Shown here one piece after another: positions 34,601-47,100 of a DNA stretch of 64,000 nt. Origin of the DNA: the human T2T-CHM13v2.0 reference genome, Homo sapiens. The notes beneath the pieces were generated by a model. The model made no database searches, was not told where the DNA came from, and was given only the letters and a program-made list of their open reading frames with translations. Position 1 is the stretch's first letter. Every line of letters starts with the position of its first letter. The DNA lies in assembly GCF_009914755.1 (NCBI RefSeq), contig NC_060925.1. The stretch is one strand, 5' to 3'. The translations under genes and the position numbers were made by a program.

Positions 34601-37600
34601 AGTTAGGAAACACTCTGTTTGTAAAGTCTGCAAGTGGATATTCAGACCTCTTTGAGGCCTTCGTTGGAAACGGGATTTCTTCATATTCTGCAAGACAGAA
34701 GAATTCTCAGTAACTTCTTTGTGTTGTGTGTATTCAACTCACAGAGTTGAACGATCCTTTACAGAGAGCAGACTTGAAACACTCTTTTTGTGGAATTTGC
34801 AAGTGGAGATTTCAGCCGCTTTGAGGTCAATGGTAGAAAAGGAAATATCTTCGTATAAAGACTAGACAGAATGATTCTCAGAAACTCCTTTGTGATGTGT
34901 GCGTTCAACTCACAGAGTTCAACTTTTCTTTTCATAGAGCAGTTAGGAAACACTCTGTTTGTAAAGTCTGCAAGTGGATATTCAGACCTCTTTGAGGCCT
35001 TCGTTGGAAACGGGATTTCTTCATATTCTGCAAGACAGAAGAATTCTCAGTAACTTCCTTGTGTTATGTGTATTCAACTCACAGAGTTGAACGATCCTTT
35101 ACAGAGAGCAGACTTTAAACACTCTTTTTGTGGAATTTGCAAGTGGAGATTTCAGCCGCTTTGAGGTCAATGGTAGAAAAGGAAATATCTTCGTATAAAG
35201 ACTAGACAGAATGATTCTCAGAAACTCCTTTGTGATGTGTGCGTTCAACACACAGAGTTTAACTTTTCTTTTCATAGAGCAGTTAGGAAACACTCTGTTT
35301 GTAAAGTCTGCAAGTGGATATTCAGACCTCTTTGAGGCCTTCGTTGGAAACGGGATTTCTTCATATTATGCTAGACAGAAGAATTCTCAGTAACTTCCTT
35401 GTGTTGTGTGTATTCAACTCACAGAGTTGAACGATCCTTTACAGAGAGCAGACTTGAAACATTCTTTTTGTGGAATTTGCAAGTGGAGATTTCAGCCGCT
35501 TTGAGGTCAATGGTAGAAAAGGAAATATCTTCGTATAAAGACTAGACAGAATGATTCTCAGAAACTCCTTTGTGATGTGTGCGTTCAACTCACAGAGTTT
35601 AACCTTTCTTTTCATAGAGCAGTTAGGAAACACTCTGTTTGTAAAGTCTGCAAGTGGATATTCAGAGGTCCTTGAGGCCTTCGTTGGAAATGGGATTTCT
35701 TCATATTCTGCTAGACAGAAGAATTCTCAGTAACTTCCTTGTGTTGTGTGTATTTAACTCGCAGAGTTGAACGATCCTTTACACAGAGCAGACTTGAAAC
35801 ACTCTTTTTGTGGAATTTGCAAGTGGAGATTTCAGCCGCTTTGAGGTCAATGGTAGAAAAGGAAATATCTTCGTAGAAAGACTAGACAGAATGATTCTCA
35901 GAAACTCCTTTGTGATGTGTGTGTTCAACTCACAGAGTTTAACCTTTCTTTTCATAGAGCAGTTAGTAAACACTCTGTTTATAAAGTCTGCAAGTGGATA
36001 TTCAGACCCCTTTGAGGCCTTCGTTGGAAACGGGATTTCTTCATATTATGCTAGACAGAAGAATTCTCAGTAACTTCCTTGTGTTGTGTGTATTCAACTG
36101 ACAGAGTTGAACTTTCATTTAGAGAGAGCAGATTTGAAACACTGTTTTTGTGGAATTTGCAAGTGGAGATTTCAAGCGCTTTGGGGCCAAAGGCAGAAAA
36201 GGAAATATCTTCGTATAAAAACTAGACAGAATCATTCTCAGAAACTGCTGCGTGATGTGTGCGTTCAACTCTCAGAGTTTAACTTTTCTTTTCATTCAGC
36301 GGTTTGGAAACACTCTGTTTGTAAAGTCTGCACGTGGATATTTTGACCACTTAGAGGCCTTCGTTGGAAACGGGTTTTTTTCATTTAAGGCTAGACAGAA
36401 GAATTCCCAGTAACTTCCTTGTGTTGTGTGCATTCAACTCACAGAGTTGAACGTTCCCTTAGACAGAGCAGATTTGAAACACTCTATTTGTGCAATTTGC
36501 AAGTGTAGATTTCAAGCGCATTAAGGTCAATGGCAGAAAAGGAAATATCATCGTTTCAAAACTAGACAGAATCATTCCCACAAACTGCGTTGTGATGTGT
36601 TCGTTCAACTCACAGAGTTTAACCTTTCTGTTCATAGAGCAGTTAGGAAACACTCTGTTTGTAAAGTCTGAAAGTGGATATTCTGACATCTTGTGGCCTT
36701 CGTTGGAAACGGGATTTCTTCATATTCTGCTAGACAGAAGAATTCTCAGTAACTTCCTTGTGTTGTGTGTATTCAACTCACAGAATTGAACGATCCTTTA
36801 CACAGAGCAGACTTGAAACACTCTTTTTGTGGAATTTGCAAGTGGAGATTTCAGCCGCTTTGAGGTCAATGGTAGAAAAGGAAATATCTTCGTATAAAGA
36901 CTAGACAGAATGATTCTCAGAAACTCCTTTGTGATGTGTGCGTTCAACTCACAGAGTTTAACTTTTCTTTTCATAGAGCAGTTAGGAAACACTCTGTTTG
37001 TAAAGTCTGCAAGTGGATATTCAGACCTCTTTGTGGCCTTCGTTGGAAACGGGATTTCTTCATATTATGCTAGACAGAATAATTCTCAGTAACTTCCTTG
37101 TGTTGTGTGTATTCAACTCACAGAGTTGAACGATCCTTTACAGAGAGCAGACTTGAAACACTCTTTTTGTGGAATTTGCAAGTGGAGATTTCAGCCGCTT
37201 TGAGGTCAATGGTAGAATAGGAAATATCTTCCTATAGAAACTAGACAGAATGATTCTCAGAAACTCCTTTGTGATGTGTGTGTTCAACTCACAGAGTTTA
37301 ACCTTTCTTGTCATAGAGCAGTTAGGAAACACTCTGTTTGTAAAGTCTGCAAGTGGATATTCAGACCTCTTTGAGGCCTTCGTTGGAAACGGGATTTCTT
37401 CATATTCTGCTAGGCAGAAGAATTCTCAGTAACTTCCTTGTGTTGTGTGTATTCAACTCACAGAGTTGAACGATCCTTTACACAGAGCAGACTTGAAACA
37501 CTCTTTTTGTGGAATTTGCAAGTGGAGATTTAAGCCGCTTTGAGGTCAATAGTAGAAAAGGAAATATCTTCGTAGAAAAACTAGACAGAATGATTCTCAG

Positions 37601-39117
37601 AAACTCCTTTGTGATGTGTGTGTTCAACTCACAGAGTTCAACCTTTCTTTTCATAGAGCAGTTAGTAAACACTCTGTTTATAAAGTCTGCAAGTGGATAT
37701 TCAGACCCCTTTGAGGTCTTCGTTGGAAACGGGCTTTCTTCATATTATGCTAGACAGAAGAATTCTCAGTAACTTCCTTGTGTTGTGTGTATTCAACTGA
37801 CAGAGTTGAACTTTCATTTAGAGAGAGCAGATTTGAAACACTGTTTTTGTGGAATTTGCAAGTGGAGATTTCAAGCGCTTTGGGGCCAAAGGCAGAAAAC
37901 GAAATATCTTCGTATAAAAACTAGACAGAATCATTCTCAGAAACTGCTGCGTGATGTGTGCGTTCAACTCTCAGAGTTTAACTTTTCTTTTCATTCAGCG
38001 GTTTGGAAACACTCTGTTTGTAAAGTCTGCACGTGGATATTTTGACCACTTAGAGGCCTTCGTTGGAAACGGGTTTTTTTCATGTAAGGCTAGACAGAAG
38101 AATTCCCAGTAACTTCCTTGTGTTGTGTGCATTCAACTCACAGAGTTGAACGTTCCCTTAGACAGAGCAGATTTCAAACACTCTATTTGTGCAATTGGCA
38201 AGTGTAGATTTCAAGCGCTTTAACGTCAATGGCAGAAAAGGAAATATCTTCGTTTCAAAACTAGACAGAATCATTCCCACAAACTGCGTTGTGATGTGTT
38301 CGTTCAACTCACAGAGTTTAACCTTTCTGTTCATAGAGCAGTTAGGAAACACTCTGTTTGTAAAGTCTGTAAGTGGATATTCTGACATCTTGTGGCCTTC
38401 GTTGGAAACGGGATTTCTTCATATTCTGCTAGACAGAAGAATTCTCAGTAACTTCCTTGTGTTGTGTGTATTCAACTCACAGAGTTGAACGATCCTTTAC
38501 ACAGAGCAGAGTTGAAACACTCTTTTTGTGGAATTTGCAAGTGGAGATTTCTGCCGCTTTGAGTCAATGGTAGAAAAGGAAATATCTTCGTATAAAGACT
38601 AGAGAGAATAATTCTCAAAAAATCCTTTGTGTTGTGTGCGTTCAACTCACAGAGTTTAACTTTTCTTTTCATAGAGCAGTTAGGAAACACTCTGTTTGTA
38701 AAGTCTGCAAGTGGATATTCAGACCTCCTTGAGGCCTTCGTTGGAAACGGGATTTCTTCATATTCTGCTAGACAGAAGAATTCTCAGTAACTTCCTTGTG
38801 TTGTGTGTATTCAACTCACAGAGTTGAACGATCCTTTACACAGAGCAGACTTGAAACACTCTTTTGTGGAATTTGCAAGTGGAGATTTCAGCCGCTTTGA
38901 GGTCAATGGTAGAAAAGGAAACTATCTTCGTATAAAGATTAGACAGAATGATTCTCAGAAAATCCTTTGTGATGTGTGCGTTCAACTCACAGAGTTTAAC
39001 TTTTCTTTTCATAGAGCAGTTAGGAAACACTCTGTTTGTAAAGTCTGCAAGTGGATATTCAGATCTCTTTGAGGCCTTCGTTGGAAACGGGATTTCTTCA
39101 TATTCTGCTAGACAGAA

Positions 39118-40135
39118 GAATTCTCAGTAACTTCCTTGTGTTGTGTGTATTCAACTGACAGAGTTGAACTTTCATTTAGAGAGAACAGATTTGAAACACT
39201 GTTTTTGTGGAATTTGCAAGTGGAGATTTCAAGCGCTTTTTGGCCAAAGGCAGAAAACGAAATATCTTCGTATAAAAACTAGACAGAATCATTCTCAGAA
39301 ACTGCTGCGTGATGTGTGCGTTCAACTCTCAGAGTTTAACTTTTCTTTTCATTCAGCGGTTTGGAAACACTCTGTTTGTAAAGTCTGCACGTGGATATTT
39401 TGACCACTTAGAGGCCTTCGTTGGAAAGGGTTTTTTTCATGTAAGGCTAGACAGAAGAATTTCCAGTAACTTCCTTGTGTTGTGTGCATTCAACTCACAG
39501 AGTTGAACGTTCCCTTAGACAGAGCAGATTTGAAACACTCTATTTGTTCAATTTGCAAGTGTAGATTTCAAGCGCTTTAAGGTCAATGGCAGAAAAGGAA
39601 GTATCTTCGTTTCAAAACTAGACAGAATCATTCCCACAAACTGCGTTGTGATGTGTTCGTTCAACTCACAGAGTTTAACCTTTCTGTTCATAGAGCAGTT
39701 AGGAAACACTCTGTTTGTAAAGTCTGAAAGTGGATATTCTGACATCTTGTGGCCTTCGTTGGAAACGGGATTTCTTCATATTCTGCTAGACAGAAGAATT
39801 CTCACTAACTTCCTTGTGTTGTGTGTATTCAACTCACAGAGTTGAACGATCCTTTACACAGAGCAGACTTGAAACACTCTTTTTGTGGAATTTGCAAGTG
39901 GAGATTTCAGCCGCTTTGAGGTCAATAGTAGAAAAGGAAATATCTTCGTAGAAAAACTAGACAGAATGATTCTCAGAAACTCCTTTGTGATGTGTGTGTT
40001 CAACTCACAGAGTTTAACCTTTCTTTTCATAGAGCAGTTAGTAAACACTCTGTTTATAAAGTCTGCAAGTGGATATTCAGACCCCTTTGAGGCCTTCGTT
40101 GGAAACGGGATTTCTTCATATTATGCTAGACAGAA
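39118..40135 (+). repeat. Minimal 6-mer (~1.02 kb) HOR unit: dimers A, B and terminal dimer e
   Basis: Anchor-to-anchor distance is 1018 bp (39143 to 40161). The third dimer carries AATAGTAG, GTAGAAAAAC, TTAGTAAAC, TTTATAAAG and GACCCCTTTG. Other 6-mers start near 14339, 24873, 27253, 31668, 44238 and 47297. Confidence 0.85.
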
Positions 40136-43100
40136 GAATTCTCAGTAACTTCCTTGTGTTGTGTGTATTCAACTGACAGAGTTGAACTTTCATTTAGAGA
40201 GAGCAGATTTGAAACACTGTTTTTGTGGAATTTGCAAGTGGAGATTTCAAGCGCTTTGGGGCCAAAGGCAGAAAAGGAAATATCTTCGTATAAAAACTAG
40301 ACAGAATCATTCTCAGAAACTGCTGCGTGATGTGTGCGTTCAACTCTCAGAGTTTAACTTTTCTTTTCATTCAGCGGTTTGGAAACACTCTGTTTGTAAA
40401 GTCTGCACGTGGATATTTTGACCACTTAGAGGCCTTCGTTGGAAACGGGTTTTTTTCATGTAAGGCTAGACAGAAGAATTCCCAGTAACTTCCTTGTGTT
40501 GTGTGCATTCAACTCACAGAGTTGAACGTTCCCTTAGACAGATCAGATTTGAAACACTCTATTTGTGCAATTTGCAAGTGTAGATTTCAAGCGCTTTAAG
40601 GTCAATGGCAGAAAAGGAAATATCTTCGTTTCAAAACTAGACAGAATCATTCCCACAAACTGCGTTGTGATGTGTTCGTTCAACTCACAGAGTTTAACCT
40701 TTCTGTTCATAGAGCAGTTAGGAAACACTCTGTTTGTAAAGTCTGTAAGTGGATATTCTGACATCTTGTGGCCTTCGTTGGAAACGGGATTTCTTCATAT
40801 TCTGCTAGACAGAAGAATTCTCAGTAACTTCCTTGTGTTGTGTCTATTCAACTCACAGAGTTGAACGATCCTTTACACAGAGCAGACTTGAAACACTCTT
40901 TTTGTGGAATTTGCAAGTGGAGATTTCAGCCGCTTTGAGGTCAATGGTAGAAAAGGAAATATCTTCGTATAAAGACTAGACAGAATGATTCTCAGAAACT
41001 CCTTTGTGATGTGTGCGTTCAACTCACAGAGTTTAACTTTTCTTTTCATAGAGCAGTTAGGAAACACTCTGTTTGTAAAGTCTGCCAGTGGATATTCAGA
41101 CCTCTTGAGGCCTTCGTTGGAAACGGGATTTCTTCATATTATGCTAGACAGAATAATTCTCAGTAACTTCCTTGTGTTCTGTGTATTCAACTCACAGAGT
41201 TGAACGATCCTTTACAGAGAGCAGACTTGAAACACTCTTTTTGTGGAATTTGCAAGTGGAGATTTCAGCCGCTTTGAGGTCAATGGTAGAAAAGGAAATA
41301 TCTTCGTATAAAGACTAGACAGAATGATTCTCAGAAACTCCTTTGTGATGTGTGCGTTCAACTCACAGAGTTCAACTTTTCTTTTCATAGAGCAGTTAGG
41401 AAACACTCTGTTTGTAAAGTCTGCAAGTGGATATTCAGACCTCTTTGAGGCCTTCGTTGGAAACGGGATTTCTTCATATTCTGCAAGACAGAAGAATTCT
41501 CAGTAACTTCCTTGTGTTGTGTGTATTCAACTCACAGAGTTGAACGATCCTTTACAGAGAGCAGACTTTAAACACTCTTTTTGTGGAATTTGCAAGTGGA
41601 GATTTCAGCAGCTTTGAGGTCAATGGTAGAAAAGGAAATATCTTCGTATAAAGACTAGACAGAATGATTCTCAGAAACTCCTTTGTGATGTGTGCATTCA
41701 ACACACAGAGTTTAACTTTTCTTTTCATAGAGGAGTTAGGAAACACTCTGTTTGTAAGGTCTGCAAGTGGATATTCAGACCTCTTTGAGGCCTTCTTTGG
41801 AAACGGGATTTCTTCATATTCTGCTAGACAGAAGAATTCTCAGTAACTTCCCTGTGTTCTGTGTATTCAACTCACAGACTTGAACGATCCTTTACACAGA
41901 GCAGACTTGAAACACTCTTTTTGTGGAATTTGCAAGTGGAGATTTCAGCCGCTTTGAGGTCAATGGTAGAAAAGGAAACTATCTTCGTAGAAAGACTAGA
42001 CAGAATGATTCTCAGAAACTCCTTTGTGATGTGTGTGTTCAACTCACAGAGTTTAACCTTTCTTTTCATAGAGCAGTTAGTAAACACTCTGTTTATAAAG
42101 TCTGCAAGTGGATATTCAGACCCCTTTGAGGCCTTCGTTGGAAACGGGATTTCTTCATATTATGCTAGACAGAAGAATTCTCAGTAACTTCCTTGTGTTG
42201 TGTGTATTCAACTGACAGAGTTGAACTTTCATTTAGAGAGAGCAGATTTGAAACACTGTTTTTGTGGAATTTGCAAGTGGAGATTTCAAGCGCTTTGGGG
42301 CCAAAGGCAGAAAAGGAAATATCTTCGTATAAAAACTAGACAGAATCATTCTCAGAAACTGCTGCGTGATGTGTGCGTTCAACTCTCAGAGTTTAACTTT
42401 TCCTTTCATTCAGCGGTTTGGAAACACTCTGTTTGTAAAGTCTGCACGTGGATATTTTGACCACTTAGAGGCCTTCGTTGGAAACGGGTTTTTTTCATCT
42501 AAGGCTAGACAGAAGAATTCCCAGTAACTTCCTTGTGTTGTGTGCATTCAACTCACAGAGTTGAACGTTCCCTTAGACAGAGCAGATTTGAAACACTCTA
42601 TTTGTGCAATTTGCAAGTGTAGATTTCAAGCGCTTTAAGGTCAATGGCTGAAAAGGAAATATCTTCCTTTCAAAACTAGACAGAATCATTCCCACAAACT
42701 GCGTTGTGATGTGTTCGTTCAACTCACAGAGTTTAACCTTTCTGTTCATAGAGCAGTTAGGAAACACTCTGTTTGTAAAGTCTGTAAGTGGATATTCTGA
42801 CATCTTGTGGCCTTCGTTGGAAACGGGATTTCTTCATATTCTGCTAGACAGAAGAATTCTCAGTAACTTCCTTGTGTTGTGTCTATTCAACTCACAGAGT
42901 TGAACGATCCTTTACACAGAGCAGACTTGAAACACTCTTTTTGTGGAATTTGCAAGTGGAGATTTCAGCCGCTTTGAGGTCAATGGTAGAAAAGGAAATA
43001 TCTTCGTATAAAGACTAGACAGAATGATTCTCAGAAACTCCTTTGCGATGTGTGCGTTCAACTCACAGAGTTTAACTTTTCTTTTCATAGAGCAGTTAGG

Positions 43101-44137
43101 AAACACTCTGTTTGTAAAGTCTGCAAGTGGATATTCAGACCTCTTGAGGCCTTCGTTGGAAACGGGATTTCTTCATATTATGCTAGACAGAATAATTCTC
43201 AGTAACTTCCTTGTGTTCTGTGTATTCAACTCACAGAGTTGAACGATCCTTTACAGAGAGCAGACTTGAAACACTCTTTTTGTGGAATTTGCAAGTGGAG
43301 ATTTCAGCCGCTTTGAGGTCAATGGTAGAAAAGGAAATATCTTCGTATAAAGACTAGACAGAATGATTCTCAGAAACTCCTTTGTGATGTGTGCGTTCAA
43401 CTCACAGAGTTCAACTTTTCTTTTCATAGAGCAGTTAGGAAACACTCTGTTTGTAAAGTCTGCAAGTGGATATTCAGACCTCTTTGAGGCCTTCGTTGGA
43501 AACGGGATTTCTTCATATTCTGCAAGACAGAAGAATTCTCAGTAACTTCCTTGTGTTGTGTGTATTCAACTCACAGAGTTGAACGATCCTTTACAGAGAG
43601 CAGACTTTAAACACTCTTTTTGTGGAATTTGCAAGTGGAGATTTCAGCCGCTTTGAGGTCAATGGTAGAAAAGGAAATATCTTCGTATAAAGACTAGACA
43701 GAATGATTCTCAGAAACTCCTTTGTGATGTGTGCGTTCAACACACAGAGTTTAACTTTTCTTTTCATAGAGCAGTTAGGAAACACTCTGTTTGTAAGGTC
43801 TGCAAGTGGATATTCAGACCTCTTTGAGGCCTTCGTTGGAAACGGCATTTCTTCATATTCTGCTAGACAGAAGAATTCTCAGTAACTTCCTTGTGTTCTG
43901 TGTATTCAACTCACAGAGTTGAACGATCCTTTACACAGAGCAGACTTGAAACACTCTTTTTGTGGAATTTGCAAGTGGAGATTTCAGCCGCTTTGAGGTC
44001 AATGGTAGAAAAGGAAATATCTTCGTATAAAGACTAGACAGAATGATTCTCAGAATCTCCTTTGTAATGTGTGCGTTCAACTCACAGAGTTTAACCTTTC
44101 TTTTCATAGAGCAGTTAGGAAACACTCTGTTTGTAAT

Positions 44138-47100
44138 GTCTGCAAGTGGATATTCAGACCTCTTTGAGGCCTTCGTTGGAAACGGGATTTCTTCATATTC
44201 TGCTAGACAGAAGAATTCTCAGTAACTTCCTTGTGTTGTGTGTATTCAACTGACAGAGTTGAACTTTCATTTAGAGAGAGCAGATTTGAAACACTGTTTT
44301 TGTGGAATTTGCAAGTGGAGATTTCAAGCGCTTTGGGGCCAAAGGCAGAAAAGGAAATATCTTCGTATAAAAACTAGACAGAATCATTCTCAGAAACTGC
44401 TGCGTGATGTGTGCGTTCACCTCTCAGAGTTTAACTTTTCTTTTCATTCAGCGGTTTGGAAACACTCTGTTTGTAAAGTCTGCACGTGGATATTTTGACC
44501 ACTTAGAGGCCTTCGTTGGAAACGGGTTTTTTTCATGTAAGGCTAGACAGAAGAATTCCCAGTAACTTCCTTGTGTTGTGTGCATTCAACTCACAGAGTT
44601 GAACGTTCCCTTAGACAGAGCAGATTTGAAACACTCTATTTGTGCAATTTGCAAGTGTAGATTTCAAGCGCTTTAAGGTCAATGGCAGAAAAGGAAATAT
44701 CTTCGTTTCAAAACTAGACAGAATCATTCCCACAAACTGCGTTGTGATGTGTGCGTTCAACTCAAAGAGTTTAACCTTTCTTTTCATAGAGCAGTTAGGA
44801 AACACTCTGTTTGTAAAGTCTGCAAGTGGATATTCAGACCTCCTTGAGGCCTTCGTTGGAAACGGGATTTCTTCATATTCTGCTAGACAGAAGAATTCTC
44901 AGTAAATTCCTTGTGTTGTGTGTATTCAACTCACAGACTTGAACGATCCTTTACACAGAGCAGACTTGAAACACTCTTTTTGTGGAATTTGCAAGTGGAG
45001 ATTTCAGCCGCTTTGAGGTCAATGGTAGAAAAGGAAACTATCTTCGTAGAAAGACTAGACAGAATGATTCTCAGAAACTCCTTTGTGATGTGTGTGTTCA
45101 ACTCACAGAGTTTAACCTTTCTTTTCATAGAGCAGTTAGTAAACACTCTGTTTATAAAGTCTGCAAGTGGATATTCAGACCCCTTTGAGGCCTTCGTTGG
45201 AAACGGGATTTCTTCATATTATGCTAGACAGAAGAATTCTCAGTAACTTCCTTGTGTTGTGTGTATTCAACTGACAGAGTTGAACTTTCATTTAGAGAGA
45301 GCAGATTTGAAACACTGTTTTTGTGAAATTTGCAAGTGGAGATTTCAAGCGCTTTGGGGCCAAAGGCAGAAAAGGAAATATCTTCGTATAAAAACTAGAC
45401 AGAATCATTCTCAGAAACTGCTGCGTGATGTGTTCGTTCAACTCTCAGAGTTTAACTTTTCTTTTCATTCAGCGGTTTGGAAACACTCTGTTTGTAAAGT
45501 CTGCACGTGGATATTTTGACCACTTAGAGGCCTTCGTTGGAAACGGGTTTTTTTCATGTAAGGCTAGACAGAAGAATTCCCAGTAACTTCCTTGTGTTGT
45601 GTGCATTCAACTCACAGAGTTGAACCTTCCCTTAGACAGAGCAGATTTGAAACACTCTATTTGTGCAATTTGCAAGTGAAGATTTCAAGCGCTTTAAGGT
45701 CAATGGCAGAAAAGGAAATATCTTCGTTTCAAAACTAGACAGAATCATTCCCACAAACTGCGTTGTGATGTGTTCGTTCAACTCACAGAGTTTAACCTTT
45801 CTGTTCATAGAGCAGTTAGGAAAAACTCTGTTTGTAAAGTCTGTAAGTGGATATTCTGACATCTTGTGGCCTTCGTTGGAAACGGGATTTCTTCATATTC
45901 TGCTAGACAGAAGAATTCTCAGTAACTTCCTTGTGTTGTGTGTATTCAACTCACAGAGTTGAACGATCCTTTACACAGAGCAGACTTGAAACACTCTTTT
46001 TGTGGAATTTGCAAGTGGAGATTTCAGCCGCTTTGAGGTCAATGGTAGAAAAGGAAATATCTTCGTATAAAGACTAGACAGAATGATTCTCAGGAACTCC
46101 TATGTGATGTGTGCGTTCAACTCACAGAGTTTAACTTTTCTTTTCATAGAGCAGTTAGGAAACACTCTGTTTGTAAAGTCTGCAAGTGGATATTCAGACC
46201 TCTTGAGGCCTTCGTTGGAAACGGGATTTCTTCATATTATGCTAGACAGAATAATTCTCAGTAACTTCCTTGTGTTCTGTGTATTCAACTCTCAGAGTTG
46301 AACGATCCTTTACAGAGAGCAGACTTGAAACACTCTTTTTGTGGAATTTGCAAGTGGAGATTTCAGCCGCTTTGAGGACAATGGTAGAAAAGGAAATATC
46401 TTCGTATAAAGACTAGACAGAATGATTCTCAGAAACTCCTTTGTGATGTGTGCGTTCAACTCACAGAGTTCAACTTTTCTTTTCATAGAGCAGTTAGGAA
46501 ACACTCTGTTTGTAAAGTCTGCAAGTGGATATTCAGACCTCTTTGAGGCCTTCGTTGGAAACGGGATTTCTTCATATTCTGCAAGACAGAAGAATTCTCA
46601 GTAACTTCCTTGTGTTGTGTGTATTCAACTCACAGAGTTGAACGATCCTTTACAGAGAGCAGACTTTAAACACTCTTTTTGTGGAATTTGCAAGTGGAGA
46701 TTTCAGCCGCTTTGAGGTCAATGGTAGAAAAGGAAATATCTTCGTATAAAGACTAGACAGAATGATTCTCAGAAACTCCTTTGTGATGTGTGCGTTCAAC
46801 ACACAGAGTTTAACTTTTCTTTTCATAGAGCAGTTAGGAAACACTCTGTTTGTAAAGTCTGCAAGTGGATATTCAGACCTCTTTGAGGCCTTCGTTGGAA
46901 ACGGGATTTCTTCATATTCTGCTAGACAGAAGAATTCTCAGTAACTTCCTTGTGTTGTGTGTATTCAACTCACAGAGTTGAACGATCCTTTACAGAGAGC
47001 AGACTTTAAACACTCTTTTTGTGGAATTTGCAAGTGGAGATTTCAGCCGCTTTGAGGTCAATGGTAGAAAAGGAAATATCTTCGTATAAAGACTAGACAG

